Source of the DNA: a bacterium
GTDB taxonomy: Bacteria; SZUA-182; DTGQ01; JAFGSM01
Assembly (NCBI GenBank): GCA_049472315.1
Contig: JBLIRN010000004.1
Location: forward strand, 41,540-105,539
Direction: 5' to 3'
DNA: 64,000 bases
Position numbers and translations under genes: made by a program. The notes beneath the pieces are model-generated. The model searched no databases, was not told where the DNA came from, and saw nothing but the letters and a program-made list of their open reading frames with translations. This document shows, in pieces, positions 48,772 to 57,458 of this stretch (its first letter is position 1; every line of letters begins with the position of its first letter).

Positions 48772-51297
48772 TCATCTCAAAAGATACCCTATCAGGAGGG
48801 AATAGAGGATCATCAACCCGGCATGACCAAGCCAAAAAAACCAACGGGGACGGGACCCGGGATTGAATTTATCCTGAACGATACGAAATATGGCGTAGCA
48901 GGAAAAGAGAATCCCAAGGCACAGGGTGATCCCCTGTAATACATGCATCCCTGAAACCACCCGGACCAGGTCCCTGCCCTTCAAAAGAATCGTATATCCC
49001 ACATCCTTGACCCCGGGGATATACCTCAACTGATATGCGATATGTGCTGCGAGAGCAAGGGGCACATATCCATAAGCGGTCTTCCAGAATCCTTCGGATA
49101 CCGTCACTCCGTTGGGAAACGAAATGAGGGATATGGCCATCATAAGACCGATCATGCCAGCAGGGACCAGCACAAAACCCAGCGTCGTCAGCAGCAGTGA
49201 ACCGAATGGCCTGATTACCGGCACTAATACCCCCATGAGCGCGCAAACAAGGATCGCCATTCCCGGCCGCACATGGTTCGATGACCATATCTCCCATCCC
49301 GGTGCCCTCAGATTCAAAGAAACGGATTGGTGAGGGCACGTCCTGATACACTTCAAGCAGAGCTTGCAGGTCTGATTGTTGTCCACGAACATCAAGTGCT
49401 GGAACATGGGGCACCCTGATGTTTCCCCGGTGCCATGATAGCACTCGTCGGTGGTGCACTGGTGGGCGCAGATGTCCGGATTCGATCGCACCTCCACGAT
49501 AGAGGTCATTGCGAACACCCCGATCAGGTTACCCATAGGGCACACATACCGGCACCAGGTATCCCGGGGGAACAGGATGCTGAAGGAAATCTCCAGGCCC
49601 AGTATCGAGAGGAGGAGCATGCCGGTATACAGGGGTCGTGAACGCATCCCTGTTGCCTCTTCCGCCCACACGATAAACAAAAATAGGATGGTAGTGATCG
49701 CAAAGTCATAGTCCTTGAAAAATTTCGGGAATCGTTTGTCAAGATGCATCCTTCGTTGGACGGCGTTCCCGAGCGTTGCATACGCACAAAAGGAGCACCA
49801 TGTCCTGCCGATCCAGAAGGCCGCCGCGCACAACCATGGCCACCAGATCCACCATACCAGGATGGTCCCCCAATTTTTCGACGGGTCCCGGGGCCCGAAG
49901 AAACAGGAGGCCATGATTAAGAAGAAAAATGCCACTGCGATCCACCGGAAAAGCCCCGGATAGATCCCCTTCCGGATCATGGTTTCAAACGCCTTGATCC
50001 TCCCGAGATTAAACCAGGTGTGTGCCCGTCCCGCAGGGGGACCGATGAAGAGCTGTTCGGAATGGATCGTATCGGTAACGGCCAGCACCACCCCCCGTTC
50101 GATGATCTCCTCCAGTTCGTGGATATTTCCCCTGCGAAAGTCATACCCCAGGAGTTGTTCCCGTGCCCGGGGGCTGAGTTTTCCAACCTCCTTGTTGTAT
50201 CTGTGCGAATGCCGCTCCATGAAGTGTCCGGCAAGCTCCAGGATATCCTGCTTCCGTTCCCTGAGCGGAGGAAGGTGGATAACCCTCCTGGAAAGCAGGT
50301 CATAGAGGGAGGAAGAAAATGTCCCCTCATTCATGCGAAGGTGCAAATCACTATGGGATGTGAAGATCATCCTGACCGGGGATCGTCCGGGGGAATGCTT
50401 CCCGGGATTCGAATCCCCCTCGCGGGTCGGGGCGGACTTCTCGTTCAGAAAGCATATCAATCGCTCCTGTGCAACAGGGGTTAGGGCGTCCACATTTTTT
50501 ATAAGAAGCGTGCCGCCGCGGGCAAGGCCGAGGGGGCTGAAACGCGCCCCAGGCAGCGGATCGGCCGATGGTGGTCCCTCCCGAAACTGCTCCCCCCATT
50601 CCTCATCGGAGATCTCCGAGGCATCCAGGATGATGAACGGGCCGTTCCGTGCCGGTCCCCTGCAGTGAATGATCTCGGCCACAAGCTCCTTTCCCACTCC
50701 GAATTCACCCACCACAAGTATTGGGTGGAAATCTGCAGCAAGCTCGGGAAGGCGCCGCCAGATGACATTCATCGGCGGGGTGCCTCCCACCAGAAAAGGG
50801 GCCTCCTCCTCGATCATCTTCATTATTCTCCGCAGGTACTCCTGTTTCCTCGTGATCTCGTATAATTCGGAGGCGATCGTGGCCATCCTTTCCGTGGTTT
50901 TCCTGAATAGGCGTTCACGAAGTGGGGCGGAAACGGCAAGCATGGTGAACAGGGTGGCACTGGGCACAACAGCGACCTCGGAGTCCTCAATGGCCTGAAA
51001 CCCCATTTGACTCGGCATTCCGGTCATACAGGAGAGATCGCCGAAATAATCCCCCGGGCGAACCGTCACCAGTGGCGTTGTACACTGCTGCTGATTGCAG
51101 TAATAGCCCTCCACCGCCCCTCTCACCAGAATGTAAAGCCCGGGGGCGGTATCTCCCTGTCCAATGATCTCGCCACCGGCGGGGAATGTCACTATCCTGG
51201 CATCCCCTGCGATCTGCTCAACTATGTGCAGGGGAAGATCGCGGAAGGGATCGACGGTCCCAAGAAAGGAAAGAATGTGATTGTAATCCGAATTCAT
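48772..51297 (-). CDS. cNMP-binding + degenerate sigma-54-type AAA + polytopic membrane 4Fe-4S protein
   Basis: cNMP domain (GDYFGD), GEFGVGKE, LPPLRER, GNIHEL, WCSFC / WCRYVCP, CKLCLKCIRTCP and multiple TM helices. Confidence 0.85.
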   Translation of the reverse strand: MNSDYNHILSFLGTVDPFRDLPLHIVEQIAGDARIVTFPAGGEIIGQGDTAPGLYILVRGAVEGYYCNQQQCTTPLVTVRPGDYFGDLSCMTGMPSQMGFQAIEDSEVAVVPSATLFTMLAVSAPLRERLFRKTTERMATIASELYEITRKQEYLRRIMKMIEEEAPFLVGGTPPMNVIWRRLPELAADFHPILVVGEFGVGKELVAEIIHCRGPARNGPFIILDASEISDEEWGEQFREGPPSADPLPGARFSPLGLARGGTLLIKNVDALTPVAQERLICFLNEKSAPTREGDSNPGKHSPGRSPVRMIFTSHSDLHLRMNEGTFSSSLYDLLSRRVIHLPPLRERKQDILELAGHFMERHSHRYNKEVGKLSPRAREQLLGYDFRRGNIHELEEIIERGVVLAVTDTIHSEQLFIGPPAGRAHTWFNLGRIKAFETMIRKGIYPGLFRWIAVAFFFLIMASCFFGPRDPSKNWGTILVWWIWWPWLCAAAFWIGRTWCSFCAYATLGNAVQRRMHLDKRFPKFFKDYDFAITTILFLFIVWAEEATGMRSRPLYTGMLLLSILGLEISFSILFPRDTWCRYVCPMGNLIGVFAMTSIVEVRSNPDICAHQCTTDECYHGTGETSGCPMFQHLMFVDNNQTCKLCLKCIRTCPHQSVSLNLRAPGWEIWSSNHVRPGMAILVCALMGVLVPVIRPFGSLLLTTLGFVLVPAGMIGLMMAISLISFPNGVTVSEGFWKTAYGYVPLALAAHIAYQLRYIPGVKDVGYTILLKGRDLVRVVSGMHVLQGITLCLGILFSCYAIFRIVQDKFNPGSRPRWFFWLGHAGLMILYSLLIGYLLR

Positions 51298-51433
51298 AGA
51301 AATACTGCGGGTTTCCGAAGTAAGTACTCAATCTGCTTTTTCCACTCTGAATTGAGCAGTTACTTTTTGAAAAACAACGACCACCCCGCCCCAATGCGAA
51401 ATGGTGTCACCACTATACCAGACTATCCCGTTA

Positions 51434-51462
51434 TTGACAATATCATGCATTTCGTTTACAAT
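51434..51462 (+). promoter_or_regulatory. Putative sigma-70 promoter
   Basis: TTGACA-17 nt-TACAAT upstream of the CDS at 51519. Confidence 0.65.
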
Positions 51463-51518
51463 TTTCAATTAACCCGGTTAATATTTTTCTTTATAATTGA
51501 GAAGGTTAGGACAAAAAA

Positions 51519-52406
51519 ATGAAAAAACGTTTATCGCAATCACTCATTGTATTCGGGATCTTCCTGTGCCTTTTCCCCTGGGCAAACAAAGGCATTTGGG
51601 CCGCACCGCAGATACAATTCGATCACACCACCTTCGATTTCGGGAAGGTGATTCAAGGCCAGACGATCACCCATGTCTTCGAATTCCAAAACATTGGCGA
51701 TGAGACCCTGAGCATCAAAAATGTAAAGGCCGGGTGAGGCTGCACCGCAGTCAATCTCTCGGAGAGAGATTTGGCCCCCGGGGCGACGGGACAGATCAAG
51801 ACCACCCTGCATACAACCGGAAGGAAGGGGGCGTTAAAAAAGACCGTCTCCGTGGAGACAGCGGATCCCAATCAGCCCGTGATAAGGCTTTCATTGGTGG
51901 CCACGGTGGATGTTGAGCTCGACCCCCAGCCAATGACCGTCTATTTTAAGGATATGCAGCGAGGAGAGCAGAAAAACCAAAAGGTATCCCTCAAGAATAC
52001 CGCTTCGTATCCGCTTCGGGTAACCGCAATAAATACCTATGATAAGCTTATCAAGGTCGATCTTGTGAACCGTTCTATGCACCTGCCGGTGGAGTTACAA
52101 CCGAATGAAAATCTGGATCTGCGGGTCAACCTCGACTATCAATCAAGGGGTTCCAGGTTCTCAAAACAGGTCGAGATAAATTACTCAGGGGGAAGGGCAG
52201 ACGCCACCTTTTTGAGGGTCTATGCAACATTGAAGCCCGAACCGAAGACACCGCCTCAACAAGATGCACCATCGGATGCACCTCCCGCATCGGGAAGGGT
52301 CATTCAAAACGCACCCTCGCAATCCCCAGATCAAAGCCAAATACGTCAGAAAGAGCCCGAATCTCGTGAAGATACAACAGCACAGCCCGCGCTCCCACAG
52401 GAGTGA
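51519..52406 (+). CDS. Exported DUF1573-like Ig-fold protein, probable selenoprotein (TGA 51735-51737 read as Sec)
   Basis: ORFs 51519-51737 and 51771-52406 are in the same frame. Read-through gives FDFG.V..G....H.FEFQN.G...L.I.NVKAG-U-GCTA...LAPG, where the family has CGC. A hairpin follows. Confidence 0.85.
51750..51774 (+). promoter_or_regulatory. Putative bacterial SECIS element
   Basis: aatctctc-gga-gagagatt is an 8-bp stem, extendable by gtc/ggc, with the apical G about 24 nt after UGA. Confidence 0.7.
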
Positions 52407-52595
52407 CGCTGTATATTTCAGTCGCACAAAGGACAGTCCGCGCAGTACATCCCATGTCTTTAAAGGGCGTATACCCTGTGCACGGTTGAAAAGCGGAAGG
52501 CGCATCTGGATAACCATGCTTCCGGAGAACGCCCCTGCTATTCCAACATAATTGCCCTGACAGCTCGCAATGCAGGCAGAAAGGAGGCACTGTCG

Positions 52596-54080
52596 ATGGG
52601 AGGAGAAAGGTTGAAGATCCTGTATGTGTCGTCGGAAGTAGCTCCTCTTTCCAAAACCGGTGGCTTGGCTGATGTTTCTGGTTCTCTCCCCAAAGCTATA
52701 AAGGCACTCGGACATGATGTGAGGGTAGTGACACCCTTCTATAAGATGGTGAAGAAGCATGTGAAATCCACCCAAAAGGTCCTGAATCGGCTGGATGTCC
52801 TTGTTTCCGACAAAGAGGTGAGAGGCTCCGTGGAGATGACCCAGATAGATGGCGGGGTGCCCGCCTACCTCATCAAAAAGGAGTCCTACTTCGGCCGTGA
52901 TGACCTCTATACCACAAAACAGGGTGATTACAAGGATAACGCGGAACGCTTTGTATTCTTCTCCCGGGCAGTCCTCGAAATGCTCAAGCAGATCGATTTC
53001 AAGCCGGACATCATCCACTGTAACGACTGGCAGGCCGGATTGATCCCCACCTACCTGAAGACCCTCTATCGAAAGGAGGATTTCTACAAGGATATATGCA
53101 CCATCTTTACCATACACAACCTTGGCTATCAGGGGATCTTCTGGTCACTGGATATGCACCTCACCAATCTCCCCTGGGATATCTTCACCATCAACGGGAT
53201 TGAATATTACGGAAATATAAGCTTCCTCAAGGCGGGAATGGTCTATGCCGACGCCCTTACCACCGTGAGTAAGGGATACAGTAAAGAGATTCAGACCCCT
53301 GAATACGGCCTGGGCATGGACGGCATTCTGCGCACCAGGCAGAAGGACCTGTACGGCATACTGAACGGTGCGGACTACGATCACTGGAGCCCCGATAAGG
53401 ATCCTTACATCGTCGCACCCTATGACAAGAGCAACCTGGAAAACAAGACCAAGTGCAAACTTGACCTTCTCCAGGAATTCGGCCTCAAGTGCAGGGCAAC
53501 CACACCGATCATCGGCATGATCTCCCGGCTGGCGGACCAGAAGGGATTCGATATCCTCGCCGAGTCCATTGACGAGCTCATGAAGATGGATATCATCTTT
53601 ATCCTCCTCGGCACCGGGGATCAAAAGTACGAGGAGATGTTCACCCATATCGGCGACAAGTACCCCAAAAAAACCGGGATCAGGATCGGGTTCGATAATG
53701 CCCTCGCCCACAAGATTGAAGCAGGGAGCGATATCTATCTCATGCCCTCCAAATACGAACCCTGCGGTCTCAACCAGATCTATAGCCTTCGCTATGGAAC
53801 CATCCCCGTGGTACGGGCCACAGGAGGGCTGGACGACACCATCATCGATATCCACGCGGACCCCCGGAAGGGGAACGGATTCAAGTTCTCCGACTACACC
53901 AGCAAGGGACTCTTGAGCACCATCAAGCGGGCCTGCGACTATTATTCCCACAAGGAGGCATGGGCTCAATTGGTGTGGAGGGCCATGTCCCTGGAGTATT
54001 CGTGGGAAAAATCGGCCAGGGAATACCTCAAGCTCTATCAGGATACCCTGAAAAAACGGGTGATGGCGCCGGTCGGATAG
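52596..54080 (+). CDS. glgA: Glycogen synthase
   Basis: KTGGLADV, HCNDWQ, TIHNL.YQG, QKG.D, EPCGLNQ and TGGL.DT. Confidence 0.96.
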   Translation: MGGERLKILYVSSEVAPLSKTGGLADVSGSLPKAIKALGHDVRVVTPFYKMVKKHVKSTQKVLNRLDVLVSDKEVRGSVEMTQIDGGVPAYLIKKESYFGRDDLYTTKQGDYKDNAERFVFFSRAVLEMLKQIDFKPDIIHCNDWQAGLIPTYLKTLYRKEDFYKDICTIFTIHNLGYQGIFWSLDMHLTNLPWDIFTINGIEYYGNISFLKAGMVYADALTTVSKGYSKEIQTPEYGLGMDGILRTRQKDLYGILNGADYDHWSPDKDPYIVAPYDKSNLENKTKCKLDLLQEFGLKCRATTPIIGMISRLADQKGFDILAESIDELMKMDIIFILLGTGDQKYEEMFTHIGDKYPKKTGIRIGFDNALAHKIEAGSDIYLMPSKYEPCGLNQIYSLRYGTIPVVRATGGLDDTIIDIHADPRKGNGFKFSDYTSKGLLSTIKRACDYYSHKEAWAQLVWRAMSLEYSWEKSAREYLKLYQDTLKKRVMAPVG

Positions 54081-54113
54081 GGAGAAGGTACAAGGGTAAG
54101 GGTGTGTGACAAT

Positions 54114-55265
54114 CTATTGCCCGATCTTCGGGGGTTCCTTTATCGGAATCAAAAAGTGGAAGGCCGTACCCTGGTCCTTTTTTGAATCAAACCAGAATTT
54201 TCCCTGGTGGTTATTCTCTATTATTTCCTTGCACGAGAGCAATCCGAGTCCATTGCCATCCTTTTTGGTGGTAATGGGGTACTTGAAGAGAAAGGGCCTG
54301 ATGCTTTCCGGAATACCGCATCCCTCGTCAATGATGCTCACGATGATGCTCCCCTGATACCTCTTCACGATGATATCGATCGTTCCCTGCTCCCTGGTTA
54401 CATACCCCGCATTGATGAGGAGATTCTGAAGAACCCTCTTTATATCAAGGGTGTTGAAGAGGGCGGCAGGTATTCTCCCCGACGGCTTCACCGTAACATT
54501 TTTCCCCTTGAGACTATCGTGGCGCTGGAGTTCCTGAATTGTCTCCCGGATCAAGGGAAGAATCCTCTCCTGGTTCTTGTGATACACGGAGTCGCTGCGT
54601 TTCGCCTGCTGTAAGCTCTTGGCTATGAGTGCCTTGAGGCCGTCTCTGCAGCCGCTGAAGAGTTTGCAGGCCTTTTCGATCTTCTCCCATGATTTCTGCC
54701 CTCGGGAGTCCCCGAACTCCTCCGTGAGGTCCTGCAGGTAAACCATTCCCAGGTCCAGGAGCGCAAGAAAGTTATTCATATCGTGGACAAATATGTTCAA
54801 CTTCTGCATATCATTGGAGATGAGATCGAGGTCGCTCCTGATTCTCGAGGACAGTGTCTTGACCATCTCGACCAATGCCTTTGATTCGGAAGCCAGGTAC
54901 TTGTTGAAATGGCATTCGTCGATTTCCATGAGAAGTGACTGGGTGAGGGCCTTGATCGTCGCCGAACGCGGCTTCGATTCGATCAACGACATCTCCCCCA
55001 GAAACGCACCGGGGCCAAGTACGGCGATGTTTCTGATCCCCTTATATACCACCAACTCCCCGGAAAGGATCAGGTACATTGCATGATCCATCGATCCTTC
55101 CTGAATGAGTATCTCTTCGGGATCGAGAAAGAGCTCTGTGCAATTTTCGCACAATTCTCTCAGGGTCGATTCTTCAAAAAAACTGAATAGACCCACCTTT
55201 TTGAGCATCCGGATCTTTTTTTCGTTATCAATAGCGGGCGAATAATCCTGTTTGCCTTGTTGCAT
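54114..55265 (-). CDS. cNMP-binding domain sensor histidine kinase (cytoplasmic)
   Basis: GEMSLI...PRSAT cNMP motif, HDMNN H-box, NLLINA, DEGCG and GNGLGL. Confidence 0.85.
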   Translation of the reverse strand: MQQGKQDYSPAIDNEKKIRMLKKVGLFSFFEESTLRELCENCTELFLDPEEILIQEGSMDHAMYLILSGELVVYKGIRNIAVLGPGAFLGEMSLIESKPRSATIKALTQSLLMEIDECHFNKYLASESKALVEMVKTLSSRIRSDLDLISNDMQKLNIFVHDMNNFLALLDLGMVYLQDLTEEFGDSRGQKSWEKIEKACKLFSGCRDGLKALIAKSLQQAKRSDSVYHKNQERILPLIRETIQELQRHDSLKGKNVTVKPSGRIPAALFNTLDIKRVLQNLLINAGYVTREQGTIDIIVKRYQGSIIVSIIDEGCGIPESIRPFLFKYPITTKKDGNGLGLLSCKEIIENNHQGKFWFDSKKDQGTAFHFLIPIKEPPKIGQ

Positions 55266-55568
55266 GTCAGATACCGCTCCCGGATCTATAGATTATCAAA
55301 CTATAAATACAATGAGTTGCTTGGTATGCTCTGGGCACTGACCGAGCCGGCCGGCCGTTGCGGCTCCCGGTCAACGCCCTCATTCCCATAATCCCGGTAC
55401 GGATCCCCATCCTGGAGACACAACAAAACGCTATCTTACATACAAGTTACATGCCACTTCATGGAAGCAACGATTACGCAACGGAGGCAGACCGGAATCA
55501 GGGCAAACGGGTAACATCCAAGGATACCCGTGCGGATACCGGGACATTATGGACCACCGTGTTCCCGT

Positions 55569-56270
55569 TCATTCGGAAGGCTTATCTCCCCAATGAATGG
55601 CCGCGATGCCACAGGTGAGCAGTTGATAGCGCACCCGTACGAACCCGGCCTCCTCCATCATGGCGGCGAGTTCATCCTTCCCGGGGAAGGCCAACACGGA
55701 ATCCCTGAGGTGTGTGAAGGGCATGAGCTTCCCGGAGAACAGATTCCCCAGTGGCGTAAGGATGTGGCAAAAGTAGCAATAGTAGAGCTGGCGGAACAGG
55801 GGGGATACCGGATCGGAGAACTCGAGGACCACCACCCTCCCCCCCGGCTTGAGCACCCTCCAAAGCTCCCTCAGGCCGGCCTCGCGATCGGTGAGATTGC
55901 GCAGGCCGAATCCAATCATTGCCCCCTGGAAGCAGTCTCCTTTCAAGGGGATGTGTTCACCGTCACCCGCAAGGATTGTCACCCGTTCCCTCAAGGGGTT
56001 TCCCCCCAATTTCATTCTCCCTTGAAGGAGCATCTCCGGGCAGAAATCCACCGCAGCGACCCACCCCTTTCGTGCGCCCTTTCCCAGGAGGGCGAGACTG
56101 AGTTCGAGGGTGCCCGCACACAGGTCCAGGAACGGGCCGTGGCCGGGCATCCTGGCGGCCGCCATCTCCCGCCAGAACCGGTCCACCCCGAGGCTGAACA
56201 GGGTATCGAAGAGATCATAGTTGGGGGAGAGGACGGAAAAAAGCCGTTGGATCTGCCCCTTTTTTTCCAT
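55569..56270 (-). CDS. menG: UbiE/MenG family quinone C-methyltransferase
   Basis: YD.....S.G.D..WR, LDLCAGT, FGLRN and RVLKPGG....LEF. Confidence 0.85.
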   Translation of the reverse strand: MEKKGQIQRLFSVLSPNYDLFDTLFSLGVDRFWREMAAARMPGHGPFLDLCAGTLELSLALLGKGARKGWVAAVDFCPEMLLQGRMKLGGNPLRERVTILAGDGEHIPLKGDCFQGAMIGFGLRNLTDREAGLRELWRVLKPGGRVVVLEFSDPVSPLFRQLYYCYFCHILTPLGNLFSGKLMPFTHLRDSVLAFPGKDELAAMMEEAGFVRVRYQLLTCGIAAIHWGDKPSE

Positions 56271-56301
56271 CCGTCCCTCGGATTCATGTGAGGGGGGATT
56301 C

Positions 56302-57081
56302 TTAGCCATCGGACATGTAAATCCCGTATGCATCCTCCACAGAGGCACTCGCGTGGACGATCGCCCTCACCGCCTTGATCATCCCAACGGGCCTTTCCGA
56401 TTGAAAAATATTCCTTCCCATGTCAACGCCCACCGCACCCTCCTGGATGGCGCGGTACGCCAGGGTGAGCGCATCCCGTTCCTCGATCTTTTTCCCTCCG
56501 GCTATGACGACGGGCACCGGGCAGGTCGACACCACCTTGTCGAAGTCCTTGCAGAAGTATGTCTTTACTATACCGGCTCCCAGTTCTGCAGCGATCCTGC
56601 AGCAGAGGCTCAAATAGCGGGCATCCCGTTCCATCTCCTTTCCTACGGCGGTAACCGCGAGAACGGGGATACCATACTCCTGACACTCATCGACAAGGCG
56701 GGCGAGGCCCATGAGGGTTTGGTGCTCATACGCGGAGCCAACGTAGATGGAAAGTGCGCAGGCGGCGACATTCAGCCTGATCGCATCCCGTACCGAGACC
56801 GTCTGCCCCTCATTGGAAAGATCCGCTCCCACGATGCTGTTCCCTCCCGATACCCTCAATACGATGGGAACCGAGGCACCGGGATCAATGGCATTCCGCA
56901 ATATGCCCCTGGTGAGCATAAGTGAATCCGCATAGGAAACAAGGGGCATAATGGTCCCCCTGGGGTCTTCCAGACCCGAGGTAGGTCCGAGGAAGTATCC
57001 ATGGTCCACGGCAAGCATCACCGTGCGTCCGGTATCGGGTTTGATAATGCGGCTGAGACGATTTCTCATACCCCAATCCAT
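56302..57081 (-). CDS. lsrF: LsrF-type class I aldolase/thiolase
   Basis: MDWGM.NRLSRI, LA.DHGYF.GPT.GLE, IAGGKK and GVDMGRNIFQ. Confidence 0.9.
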   Translation of the reverse strand: MDWGMRNRLSRIIKPDTGRTVMLAVDHGYFLGPTSGLEDPRGTIMPLVSYADSLMLTRGILRNAIDPGASVPIVLRVSGGNSIVGADLSNEGQTVSVRDAIRLNVAACALSIYVGSAYEHQTLMGLARLVDECQEYGIPVLAVTAVGKEMERDARYLSLCCRIAAELGAGIVKTYFCKDFDKVVSTCPVPVVIAGGKKIEERDALTLAYRAIQEGAVGVDMGRNIFQSERPVGMIKAVRAIVHASASVEDAYGIYMSDG

Positions 57082-57130
57082 TTGATCGGCCTCCTTTCAC
57101 ACCACGTAATACCTAATACGCCTTCCCTTT

Positions 57131-57231
57131 GCTCCGCCCTGGCAAGCTTGGTTGGCATAGTCGCGTGCATTCTATATAACCGCAGGGGGCAGCATAGTGG
57201 CTCCGCTTCGCTCCGCCCTGGCAAGCTTGGT
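57131..57231 (-). repeat. Two inverted-orientation copies of repeat family A
   Basis: catagtggctccgcttcgctccgccctggcaagcttggt (57193-57231) and partial gctccgccctggcaagcttggt (57131-57152). Confidence 0.85.
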
Positions 57232-57458
57232 TAGAGGGATTACTCTACCCGAAATGTTCCCAGTTTTCAAATGGACACATGGATCTTCGCAATTCTCCTT
57301 TTCAACCCTTTGATCGGGGTCATGGGTGGACATTCCGCTTATGGTGGCGGCAGGCCGCAATCAGCATTGCCGCAGCAATACGACGGAACAGCCCAAGGCA
57401 TATCCCGAAAAATCCGATTAGACTTGTAGAGGTATTGAGGCATGCTCGGGGGGGCTGA

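Noticed and set aside
50400..50420. tRNA T-arm-like gggattcgaatccc
   Set aside because: It lies inside a CDS and no cloverleaf can be built around it.
51519..52406. Nonsense pseudogene or two separate genes
   Set aside because: The stop falls exactly on a conserved Cys position, is TGA, and has a SECIS-like hairpin, so Sec read-through is more parsimonious.
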